From NCBI RefSeq assembly GCF_022539665.2, contig NC_081331.1:2418001-2482000 (forward strand): 64,000 bases of DNA, written 5' to 3'. The notes under the pieces were generated by a model that was not told the origin of the DNA, searched no databases, and was given only the letters and a program-made list of their open reading frames with translations. Below, piece after piece: positions 1-14,743 of the stretch (the stretch's first letter is position 1; every line of letters starts with the position of its first letter). Origin of the DNA: Daphnia carinata. Lineage: Eukaryota. A program made the translations under genes and the position numbers.

Positions 1-3000
1 GTTTACATCGTCTGTCGCTTCTCAATTGCGAAGTAACGGTTCTCGGCCCTGGTCGTGAAAGACGTCTGATAATGTCGGATGATCTAGTACCAGGGTCAGT
101 AATTCAATTGACATCAAAAGATAATATCACAATGCCGTGTGATGCTGTAATTTTGTTTGGCAGTTGCATCGCTCGAGACTCAGGTATCTTAAGTAATCTA
201 CTAGTTTGTAAATCATCGTATCTTTGATGTATCGAAATACCCCAGCTGCAGCCAATCCAAAGCACAAGTACCAGTTGCCTAAATCTAGAATGGAACTGTA
301 CGATCGGCAGAAGCACCGCCAACATACTCTATTCCGCGGATCTTCCATTGTTTTGCGAACTGATAAGGTAATTTTCATAACGTGACTGTCAAGATTCACA
401 ACATAACTAATTTCGTAAAAAAGGTCATTGCCTTAGTTATCCGAACCGGGTGGAGTACGGAGAACGGCGGTGCCTTTGCAGACAAAATGGCTGGTATTAG
501 CTGTCCATCGATTTTTGATCGTCATCGTGACCACTTGTTTTTACTTCTCGGCTTAACTGGATTATGTGCTGCCGCATATGGAATTTATGTCAGAGTATGA
601 TAATCTCCCGTTGCAAATTCATGTCTTACTTTTAAGCCTAATGAGTTTTTATTTCGATTTTTAGCATTCCTCACTTGATATTCCGAATCTTATCCTTACG
701 GGAATGAGTTTAATCGTCATTTGCCTCCCGCCGTTATTTTCTCCTGCGCTATTGCTTACCAGTCTTTATCCGATTGTCCGTCTTCATCTGCATGGATTCT
801 GTTTGAATTCTTTTGATGAACCTAGTTCCGTTTTAAATCGCGTAGGTGCCACGGACACCGTCTGTTTGCTCAAGGTAGTATATATTCTATCTATAAGTTG
901 ATACGATAAACTGTAACATAATTTTGATTCTAGAATGCACTTATGCGAGATGCAGATATGAAATTGCTCAAAGTTTCATCCACCAGGTGCATAGAGGCAT
1001 ATACATGTAAAACGCAGACGCAAAATTCTAAAAGAATTCTGTTTAACAGGTACGATGAGTGGACACGTGATCCGCAGCTCACCTTATGCATGGCCTCCTG
1101 CCTCAACCATTTCACGCCGAATGACTTTAAGGTATTAGTTTTACTTTGTTTCTTTTGCATACATCCACTAAAATGTGATCTAGGTGTTTTCGACTGCGGC
1201 ATGGAAAATTATTACCGACCAGAACAGCCACAGAGTGCAATCAGTTTGCAATGAATATGAAAGCTTTCGTATAACCAAAATCTATGCCGATGAGACTCAT
1301 TCTTCGTTACCATTCGTGCTAGTCAGAGCTGACCCAATCGAATCGGTAAACGCGGCTTCATGGTATTTCATCCGAGGCCCATATTTAAGTGTTGTGGAGT
1401 TCGCCGAGGAGTATTCGTTTGGTAACTGAACCAATTAAGCTATTAAAGGTTTGCAATCATCAATTAATTTTTTTTTAGATCACAAAGAAGAACAGTTTGA
1501 GCTGGTGGCATTTGCTGGACGCCCACTGACTGAAACGGAGAAGTTGTCGACTCTTGAACCGGATTTAAATCTTCTGTTACGGAAATTTCAGCTGTTAGGC
1601 GTAGCCTCAGTGGATTGTAACATATCAAAAGATGCTAGTGCAGCTGTTTCACTTCTTCGCTCAGCCAACATTAGAACCTTGATGATATCAAGTGAGTATT
1701 TTGAAGAAGAACGAATTAGTGATATACTTACTGAATAACCAAGCACAGATAGAGACGTCAGAGAAGCCGTTCATCTGGCCCGCACCGCTGGGATTATCCT
1801 CAACAAAGAACCTGTGGCCCAGATAGAAATTCCGTCAATGGAAGGATTACATCCTCCATCGCTGACAGTCATCGATCTTCCAGAAACTGGTATGTAACCG
1901 AGTTTTTGTTTATGATTTTATTGCCTTTAAATATTATCCTTGCCAGGTTTAGGAATTGATCTTGGAGAAAACAGTATTCAGCGAAAGGCTCACGTCGTTC
2001 TGACTGGTGACATGTTGGATGCATTGCTAGAGTCATTTCCAGAAATGGTGGACCAGATTGTTGGCCGTGTAGCTGTGTTTGCCTCTGCAGACGCACTCCA
2101 AACGAATCGCTTCTTGGAGAAGCTGAATGGACTGAATCACAAAATACGTAAGTCACAATATTCGTTACTTCGCATGCCGTTAGAAGACCGGATGTTCTAT
2201 TCGCTCTTTGCTTAGTTGTATGCAAGGACGCTGAAGACTGCTACCTCACGGTGCCGGTAAATTGCCTGACTCTGGCTCCACAAGATGAACATCACATTTT
2301 GCATCGGGATGTGTGCAATAGTGAATCAATCAGCAGTATTGGGGAGTTACTAGGACAGAGCCGAGCCTCTTTAGTGGGATCTCTTGGGATCAGCAAGCTT
2401 ATGGTGTGCTACATGGCTGCCCGGCTTACTTCCACTCTATTACTGTATGATAATCCGTCTCCGGCTATCCAAACCCTCTTCGTCGATCTCGTTTTAGTTA
2501 TGGCTCCTACGATGTTATTTGGTTTCACGCAACCGAATAATCATTCTCTCTCGAAAAAAAGGCCATCCCAATCGATCTTCTGTTTGAAAGAAATATTGTC
2601 CGTCCTTTTTCAGCTGGCACTCGTCGTAGCCACACAATATTTTGCGCTAATCATGGCTCAGCACCAGCCATGGTTTGAAAGAACTTTGCTGAAAACGAAT
2701 TGGACAGATGATTCCTTTACTTTATCAGACGAAAACTATGCAGTTTACTCCTTGTCCCTCTTTCAGTATTTAAACCTATTTGTGGTATTTTCGTCAGGAG
2801 CCCCTCATCTCCGTAGAATTTGGAGTAATCTAGGTCTTACTTTGTACCTTCTAGCCCTGGCAATCTTTTGCTCTGTTGTAGTTCTAGAACCACCGGAACA
2901 ACTCAAAATTTTTATGGCGTTGAAAACTCCACCTATCTTTGACTTCCGTCTGGCACTGTTCTCGCTAGCCGTCATTTACATATTCACTTCCTTAGGAATT

Positions 3001-3195
3001 CAATGTCTGATTGATTATTGCTTTGTTCCAGTTTGCTTCTCACGTGCATCGCCTCGTAGTTTATCGGATCTGGGAGGTTTAGATAGTGTTAATGTCAACG
3101 TTTTATATCGACCTTCCACTTTAACGACCCAAACACATCAGCTTGCCAGTGAGAAAGTTCCCCAACCCACCACCTTAAACTTACCCATTTTTTAA
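1..3195 (+). CDS. P5B-type ATPase (ATP13A3-like) homolog with degenerate catalytic motifs; multi-exon, 5' end outside the window
   Basis: Hand-spliced GT-AG exons give A-domain 'SDDLVPGSVIQL...MPCDAVILFGSCI', 'KHRQHTLFRGS', 'VIALVIRTGWST', M4 'IVICLPPLFSP', 'LCMASC', 'VVLTGDML' and a long terminal exon (2215-3195) with M5-M10 ('SKKRPSQSIFCLKEILSVLFQL', 'QPWF', 'ENYAVYSLSLFQYL', 'FSSGAPH'). This layout is typical of ATP13A-family proteins. Stop TAA ends at 3195. Confidence 0.85.
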
Positions 3196-3560
3196 GTGTA
3201 GCATGCCAAGATCGATCTTCCTGTTCTTGTGTGATATTTTATCGACTCATATGTTTTAAATAATAAATTATTACAGACAACCGAAGCAGGTGCTTTCTCA
3301 GGAGTTAAGCTTAGCTACAGTCGAACAACGAAGCTACTTAAAGCTGACATTTCACATGCGTATGTGGCGTAGTAAATATGGGAACCTTATCGAACTTCTA
3401 AGTATATGGTAGCTAGTGTAGGTTTACCGTATGTCGTTCCCAAAGTCACTTCTTCGCTTCTATTGTTTGATGAAAGAAGAAATGGGTACAATACCATTCC
3501 CTAATTCCACGGTATCGAGCGCCATTTCAAATGCAAATTGTGCATACGAGGTAACGTAAA

Positions 3561-5641
3561 TCATTTGGTATAAAATAATTCTCGTAGAATATATCCTATA
3601 TCTTTGTCAGTTAAAATCATGCGATCAATCTCTTCTGTTAGTTTCTCAATCTCTAATTCCAATTGATAGATATTTGCGCTTGAGTTGTTCTGCACGGCTA
3701 CCACAGGTTTGCATACCGTAGAAGCCGGAGAGACAAGAAATGGATTTGTTTTCTTCTTACGCCAAGATTTGCAGTATTGGGAAGACGTCTCCCAAATAAA
3801 CGTGATGGTCGCAACAGCCAATCCGGTGATGGTAACACAGAATAGGCCGAGAAAGTCACCAAGTTGCATCGCTCGTGACGTATAACCTGTAATAGAGCGG
3901 TAATTAACGTATTTGTTTTGTTTTTTTAATGAATTAATAAAGCTTTTTACCGCCTCCTATTGAACAAGGGTTTTTGCCAGTAAATCTCGGATGTCGTGAA
4001 AATTCTAGAATTCCCACCTGGTCAATCAGCCTTAATCTATAAACTCAGGTTTGCAATAAATTTTTTTTAATAATTTTTTTTTTACAGCATATTTCAAATG
4101 TTAGTTACGCTCGGTTGAAAACTGGAGTGAGAGACGAATTCTTAGCAAAGGCAAATCCGTATTCGACAGTTAAGTAGCTTTTATCAGTTATCAGAAAATA
4201 GCATTGTGTCACATTTTTAGCTTGATTGAGACGATAATTTGTTAGCATTACTTCTAGAAGCAAATCAAATGGACCAAACCATATGTATCCTGTAAAGAAA
4301 CCATAATGTCGCTATCAGCTTTTAAATAATAAATAGTAATAATTCCAACCTCTTTTTATTAGATTGAGAGCTGCTTCAATGGAAGCTACGAGACTTCCTC
4401 TACCCGATTCCAGATGTTCGCTGAGCACTTCTAAACTTGCGGCACTCGTCTGATTTGTCTGGAAAGTACCAATTCTTCAAAGGATGGTAATAGATTGAAC
4501 AAATGTAGTGGATCAAACTTGGTTAAGTCCTTTTGTATGATGTAGATTTATAGGTATTGGTTTGTTGCTCAACGTTAGCCATTTCACATCCTTGTATGCT
4601 GGCCACGATAGCTCACGAGGATGCTGCAGCGACCGCTCTCGATAAGGCCGAGCCAAAGAAGCAGTCAAATTTGCTGTGTAGAACGTCGTTAAAAGAAGAC
4701 CAACTATCCACCATGTAGCCATCAGAACGCGTTGTGAGTCTAAGAACAATATTTTCAGTCAAGAATAGCGTAAATAATATGAGAAAGTATATCAATTTTA
4801 CGAATTGAAATGCGAAGTTTGTGGTCTTGCCGAAACCTTGAGAATAACCAGTTTGATTAGCAAAAGCAACCTTAGTAGATGAACTAATATTATTAATGTT
4901 ACAATGAAACCACTACAAAGAGAACAAAATCGCTAGGTTTTCCGCGGAAATAGTTGACTGCTTGAGGGTGGAATTTCAAGTGAAGTCTGTAGAAAACGAG
5001 CATGACAGGGATCATGCCAGCGATTGACAAAGCCACCAAGAGCCATACCTACCAGTAAGTTAAAATAATTATGGCATTTTTCTGGTTCTGTTTTTTTAAC
5101 ATCTAGAAGCGTTTTATTCTACCTCCATTTCAAAAGGAGATAGCAGCGCAGTGAGTGAATTTACTCTGGAAGGCTGTTTTTGTAGTGTTACCCATTCATC
5201 TTGGCCTAGCGGAATTGACATATCAATCACATCTCGTAATTGAGGTAAGGATGGGACGCGAGCAGCGATGACATCGATCTCCTTACAAGGTAAAAGTTAC
5301 GTCATAGCTTAACGTTCTTTTCAATGAGGTAATAATTACATTTCGTTCCAGCAACCCAATTAAGCCGTTCCAGCTTCCGTTTTCATGTCGAAAACCAATA
5401 CCACTAGCTTTTGGCAGTGCAATCAGTTGATAGGTGAAATTCAACTGGGACTGAAGTAAGTCGATAATTCTCAGCACTTGTTCATTGTGATCGGTTGCTC
5501 CTCGATAAGGGTCAAGCTGTATTCAAATTTACTTAATATCCTCTGCGTTAGGTAACGTTTAGATATGAAATGTTAACCTACCGCAGAAGGTGCACTGATT
5601 CCCACTTTCAAAGTGCGCCCTTCTAGACTATCCCGTGTCAT
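3561..5641 (-). CDS. Ionotropic receptor (variant iGluR/IR), multi-exon
   Basis: S1 'NFTYQLIALPKASGIGFRHENGSWNGLIGLL', M3 'MATWWIVGLLLTTFYTANLTASLA' (SYTANLAAF-like), S2 'LTVEYGFAFAKNSSLTPVFN', M4 'MQLGDFLGLFCVTITGLAVATITFIWE'. First ATG at 5641 has an in-frame stop just upstream. Stop at 3561. Confidence 0.85.
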
Positions 5642-6218
5642 ATCGATACAAACAAACAACACCGCAGTTCAAAAGTCTACTATGTTGTTTGCGACATCCA
5701 ACAACCAGCAAATGCGCGTCAGTGGGGCTCTGTCGGTAAGTCTATGTCGTCTTATCCTCCTTTCTTTATTTTGGCATGCGCATAACCGTTGCCATTTTTT
5801 CTCGAATAATCAACAGGACGCAAATTTAGTTAATGCTCTAAAAGGGGCAATGCCGTAATAGGTATTTTACTTTGGGCATCAAGTAACATGAAAACACAAA
5901 ACTAATAGGTCTTTAATTTTATATGACCAAAATCTTGTACTCCACACCGAGAAACATAAGTCGCAGTATTAACGCCGTTAATTTTAGGTAACGCTTATGT
6001 AATGAAGTACTTGACTACTAGAGACTGATAGGGCGTGAGAATTCCACCAGGTTTTGCGCCTGATTAAAACATACTGCGTGAGAAATGCAATCAAGTCCAG
6101 CAGATGTTTCATTATGTACGCAACCCAATGACACGAACATCGCGCACCGTTTGCAATAAAAAGGGCAATGTAAAATCCAGCGATCAGTGTTAGTTGGATA
6201 GACCCTCGCTCAAGCAAA

Positions 6219-9407
<3,189 letters not shown>

Positions 9408-9589
9408 CCCAAGGAAAATAGTTACAGTATTCCGCGAGTTTAAGTAGAACAAATAAAATACAAAAAAAAGTTCAAAGTAAGCTCCGCCAAGAACATATTA
9501 TTTTTTTTACCCTTCCAGTTTGGTGAAGAATCATCACGTTTATGTAGCTATAGAATAAAAAATCCAAACCGCTTAGTTTAAAAGCAAAT

Positions 9590-11580
9590 ATATATATAGT
9601 TATCTAGATTTAATGATATTATTTTTTAATAGGAAAAAATTTTAAGCCCGACAAAATAAGCACGACTTTCGGTTTTTTTCGCTTAATTCAAAAAGTAGAA
9701 GCCCAATATAAAAATATACCACATTTTCGTGATCAGCGATCAATTTTGTACCGGAAAAATGTATTTTTAATGAAATCTGGGATTTGAAGAAAATTGAAAA
9801 AGTGGGAAGGCTATAGCCTTCTCACTTTTCCAATTTTGGCAAAATTTTAGATTTCGCTTTAAATACATGGTTTCGATGAAGAATTGAACGGGCACCACGA
9901 AAATGAGGGTTGTTTTCTCGTGCGACTCATAGCTTTTAAGTAAAACGTCAAAAACGGTGAAGTTGGGTTTCAAAAAATAAGCCCGGCTTAATCAAAATGA
10001 TGATTATTTCAAAAACGGCTTACTTGACAAGGAAACAAGTGCATTTTTCCGAATCAGCGTTAAAATTGGATTATACTGTGGAATTTTCATCGCATTCCGA
10101 GAGATTTCGATTTTTTCCGATTTTGACAAAAGTGGGAAGGCTATAGCCTTCTCACTTTTTCAATTTTGGCAAAATTTTAGATTTCGCTTTAAATACATGG
10201 TTTCGATGAAGAATTGAACGGGCACCACGAAAATGAGGGTTGTTTTCTCGTGCGACTCATAGCTTTTAAGTAAAACGTCAAAAACGGTGAAATTGGGTTC
10301 AAAAAATAAGCCCGACTTTATCTTTCGGGCTTAAAAATCTTTCCTTTTAAAAAATAATACCATTAAATTTCGATAACACTAGATGATTCAAAATTAACCA
10401 AGGAACACGCAAATGGAATTTTTTTTACGTAGAGTTTATAGTTTTGGAGTAATCTAAAATAGAACATTAGTGTGTATGCGAATCGAAACCATTACTAGCG
10501 CGCCAGTACGCTACAGCGCTAGCGTGACACATAAAACTTCTTTGATTATTCAAAAACCATAAGCTCTACCTAAAAACAAATTTCATTTTTGTGTTCCTTG
10601 TTAAATTTGAATCACAATCATATATAGTTATCTAGATTTAATGATATTATTTTTTAATAGGAAAAAATTTTAAGCCCGACAAAATAAGTCCGACTTTCGG
10701 TTTTTTTCGCTTAATTCAAAAAGTAGAAGCCCAATATAAAAATATACCACATTTTCGTGATCAGCGATCAATTTTGTACCGGAAAAATGTATTTTTAATG
10801 AAATCTAGGATTTGAAGAAAATTGAAAAAGTGGGAAGGCTATAGCCTTCTCACTTTTCCCATTTTGGCAAAATTTTAGATTTCGCATTAAATACATGATT
10901 TCGATGCAGAATTGAACGGCCATCACGAATATGAGGGTTGTTTTCTCGTGCGACTCATAGCTTTTAAGTAAAACGTCAAAAACGGTGAAGTTGGGTTTCA
11001 AAAAATAAGCCCGGCTTAATCAAAATGATGATTATTTCAAAAACGGCTTACTTGACAAGGAAACAAGTGCATTTTTCCGAATCAGCGTTAAAATTGGATT
11101 ATACTGTGGAATTTTCATCGCATTCCGAGAGAGAGATTTCGATTTTTTCCGATTTTGACTTTAAATACAAAAGTGGGAAAAAGGCTTTTATAAAACGTCA
11201 AAAACTCAAAAAATCTCATTAAACGATTTTTCGAAACCATTACTAGCGCGCCAGTACGCTACAGCGCTAGCGTGACACATAAAACTTCTTTGATTATTCA
11301 AAAACCATGCTCTACCTAAAAACAAATTTCATTTTTGTGTTCCTTGTTAAATTTGAATCACAATCATATATATTTTAGATTTCGGAAAAATGTATTTTTA
11401 ATGCTTTAAATACATGGCTTCGATGAAGAATTGGTTCCTTAGGTTCAAAAAATAAGCCCGGCTTAATCAAAATGATGATTATTTCAAAAACGGCTTACTT
11501 GACAAGGAAACAAGTGCATTTTTCCGAATCAGCGTTAAAATTGGATTATACTGTGGAATTTTTTCGATTTTTTCCGATTA
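9590..11580. repeat. Complex AT-rich repeat block: near-identical direct copies offset by 1028 bp, partial copies and imperfect inverted arms (MITE/foldback- or satellite-like)
   Basis: ~9592-10127 recurs at ~10620-11158. ~9797-9985 recurs at ~10128-10312. ~10485-10625 recurs at ~11235-11372. ~9600-9660 is inverted at ~10316-10378, and ~10384-10455 is inverted at ~10540-10615. Confidence 0.9.
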
Positions 11581-11727
11581 GGCCATCTAAGTGGTCTCAC
11601 TATATCCATATATTGTATCTTTCAACCTCATCCTAAGCTGGTAATCAGTGTGGTTCTCGTTATGTAACTCAGTTCATTAACACAATTCAATACGACCAAA
11701 TTGCGCGGCATCAATTGAAATTTGTCG

Positions 11728-14280
11728 TTATTTTGAAGACGCTGTGAAATCATACTCTTTCCAGTCTGCAGCAAAATCCAACACTTTCTTTTTCTGCTGC
11801 TCAAAGTTTTCTCGACGTGGGCGACGCCATGCCTGTGGCTCAAGGTCCAAAATTCCTCCCAAAATTTCCTTAGAACATCACTGTTTATTAGTCTATTAGT
11901 TATTTGACAGTTTTCTTTTAATACCTGTGCAAAGGCAGTAGGAAAGCGTTGTTCATCTTCAATAATATGAGCGAATCCAGATTGCATACCGAAATCTACA
12001 AAGAAGTATGACATTCCCTTGGGGACGGCTTTTCTTACGTCTTTGCCTTTCAAATCAATGACTTTTTTATTCATCGCCCACTCGGATTCGCACTCCAATA
12101 AGGCTTTCTGCAGACCGTAAACTAAAAATGTTACGGCCTCTAATATGTAGAGAAAAAAAAAATGTACTTTGAAATATATTGGGGCGGTTTCTCCAGCCGA
12201 TATCGATAGTGGGACACATTCCAATGCCATGTGTGGAAAACGGTTGAGATGCATAGCCGTTTCAAAGAAAATTGCATCAGCTTCCCGTGCTTCGAACATC
12301 CTCGTCAAGGCTTTTCGGAACATCTATTTAAAAATTATAGAATGAAACTACTCGTTCAATAAAACTTCCAAATCACTAGAACCTGCATTTCTGCCCAAAC
12401 ATCTTCGTCTAATTGTGTGGAGCAAGTTACGTGAGTGCGAGGAACAATTAAACAGTGACCAAGAACTAATGATTGATGTACAGGCAATGACAGATAGCAC
12501 TTTTGTCCAATGGCTATAATTAGATGTTTTTGCATCGCCTAAAAGTAAGAGATTATTCAGGAAATTGCCGTGGAAAAAAAACGACACTTCGTTTTATACC
12601 TGTGAATCAAGACAAAGGGAGCAGGAATCCAATACTTTTTCTCGTTTTTTGTGCTGAGCTATGGCAGCCTGCCTATCTCGAGCTTCGGCCGCCACGTCAT
12701 CTACCTCTCTATTTGCTCGGCTTTCAAACATATCATCTAAATCGAAATCATCATTGGTATTTTCCACTCGTTTTCCAGCCAACCGTGAAAACATGGCATC
12801 CTGATCTTCAGCCGTCCCCTGCTTTTCTCGTGTATACTAACAGAACATTCTTGAAGTTAAATAGGGTTTTGGTAAACACTTAATTTAACTTTACCATCTG
12901 ACTGAGAGAATACTTGTCGTCATCGGCAAAATAACGAACTCGTTCACCACTTTGATGGGTCTCAGCCTTCAATTTCTTTCCTTTTCCTTTACTTCCCTGG
13001 AAAGAGCTTTCGCCATAACGAGGCGCGGGCAAGGGGTGTTGACCGCCTTTAGCATCTGTCCTTGTCAGAACAGCGATATGCTCTTTGTTGCCTGCTGATC
13101 CGTCCTGTTTTCTCTGAGCCATTGTTTCCCTCGCTGACGCTAGTGTCAGTTTAAGGGCTTTCACCAAATCCTAGACAACCAAATTCAGTTAAATAAATAA
13201 CAAAATCAGACAATGTGATAAAATGCAAACAACCAACTGGCCCATGATTTCGGCTTTAACAATTTTTGCACCAATTGCATTTAATTCCTGTTCGGTCCAC
13301 GTTTTTTCATGATCTTTTGGCGATAGGCGTTCATTCTTTTCATTTTCGCCTTCCGAAGATGATGAGGATGAAGAGGGCGATGAATCCATGCGGATTTTTG
13401 ATTTTGCTTCAGTTTTCTTCCATCCCTGCTGTGTTGACGAAAAACGCTTGCTCGCTTGCGAAACTTCATCATCCTCATTCGGTCTTCTAAACCTTTCTTC
13501 AACTGTTAACGGTTTTTTAATTCTTTCTGTATGCCTTCTCTCTCGAGATCTTGATCTGGATCTACTTCTACTTCTGCTATTTGTCCTATGTCGGCTGTTC
13601 CCAGCAGATTTCTTGTGCTTTTTCTCATCAGAAAAGCTACAAGAAGTACTCGAATTTTCATTTGAAGGGGAGATATTTGCATCACTTTTTTCTGGTGGCA
13701 GGCCAGTTCCTCCATTTTTCCAATATGGATTTAGTTCCCTACTTGTCTGTCCGGGTTTCTCCATCATTATTTTTCTGGCCGTTTCTTCTTCCTTGTTCAA
13801 TGATGTTCTTTTGACAGGTATGCTGCTTTTACTGAAAATCGGAAGCAAAGAAGGAACGCTCATCCATTCATCTCTCTGAAGAGGAGCAGCTTGTGAGGAT
13901 TCTACTGTCTCTGACACCTTCTCCACCCACTCATCAGAGTCAGATGAATTTTCTTTTTTTTTGTTTTTCTTGCTTTTTTTATTCTTTTTATGTTTTTTGT
14001 CTTTTTTACTTTTTTGGGGTTTACTTCCAGATAGTTTCGCATCAAGCTCGGGTAGCATCCATTTATCTTCTCCCTTTAATTTTGCCAATTCTTTACGGGA
14101 TTTCCTTTTTTCATAATCTTTTTCGGCCTAAAAGAAGTAGGAAGGAAAAAATGCAGACATGAAACAATAAACAGGTAGGATAAACTTTGAAATCACCTTT
14201 TCTAGGATTCGCTTTCTCGCGTCGCGTTTCACTTGTCTAATTTCGTTCAAATCATTAGAACTTTCAAAATTTATCGACAT
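11728..14280 (-). CDS. CWF19L2: CWF19-like protein 2 (CwfJ domains; spliceosome/lariat associated)
   Basis: ATG at 14280 (MSINFESS...), 'QRDEWM', '[15 protein letters not shown]', '[12 protein letters not shown]'-type motif, '[13 protein letters not shown]', and CwfJ C-terminus '[10 protein letters not shown]...[16 protein letters not shown]', '[13 protein letters not shown]', 'GFAHIIEDE'. Stop at 11728. Confidence 0.95.
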
Positions 14281-14602
14281 TTTAAAAATGGCTAATAATA
14301 CAATTCCAAGTAAAAATCGATCCGGATCTTATATCTAATACGAAATTAACGCTGAAAATATTTATACCTATAGTTGCGAAAACGTAAACATTCGTTTGGA
14401 CTTCCGACGGATGGAAAAAAACTAGACATTGCCAACAATTGTATTATTTGACAACTTTTTTCTCTTATACAAGCAATTTAGGAAAATAAAGTTAAAGTAA
14501 TTGTTTTGAAAATCATTTTTTTTTTAATGTTATGATAACTTGTGAGGAAATAAATAAAATATAACTATTTTTAACATTGTCAACGCCAACAGTGGTTAGA
14601 AC

Positions 14603-14612
14603 TTTTCCCGCC
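14603..14612 (+). promoter_or_regulatory. E2F-type site (TTTTCCCGCC) in the divergent CWF19L2/RPA2 promoter
   Basis: Matches the TTTSSCGC consensus ~130 bp upstream of the RPA2 ATG. Replication genes are classic E2F targets. Confidence 0.55.
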
Positions 14613-14743
14613 GTCTGTCAAGCAACAGAGGTTCATACTTCATAGTTTCATACTTCATAGCAACTACATCGCAATATTGCATGTTCAACGTTATAAACAC
14701 TTCTTATATAAATTATTACCAACTCCTGCGGGGTTTATAAAAA

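Noticed and set aside
5641..5648. DRE motif TATCGATA
   Set aside because: Other copies fall in coding and intronic sequence (12201, 40871), so there is no positional support.
9767..11222. Duplicated short ORFs (MKPNFTVFDVLLKSY...)
   Set aside because: They are by-products of the repeat block, start at non-ATG codons or have low complexity, and show no transposase motifs.
9590..11580. CRISPR-like array
   Set aside because: The repeats are long, irregular and nested, with no unique spacers or cas genes, and the context is eukaryotic.
13388..13879. 163-aa plus-strand ORF
   Set aside because: Antisense shadow of the Lys/Ser/Arg-rich CWF19L2 exon.
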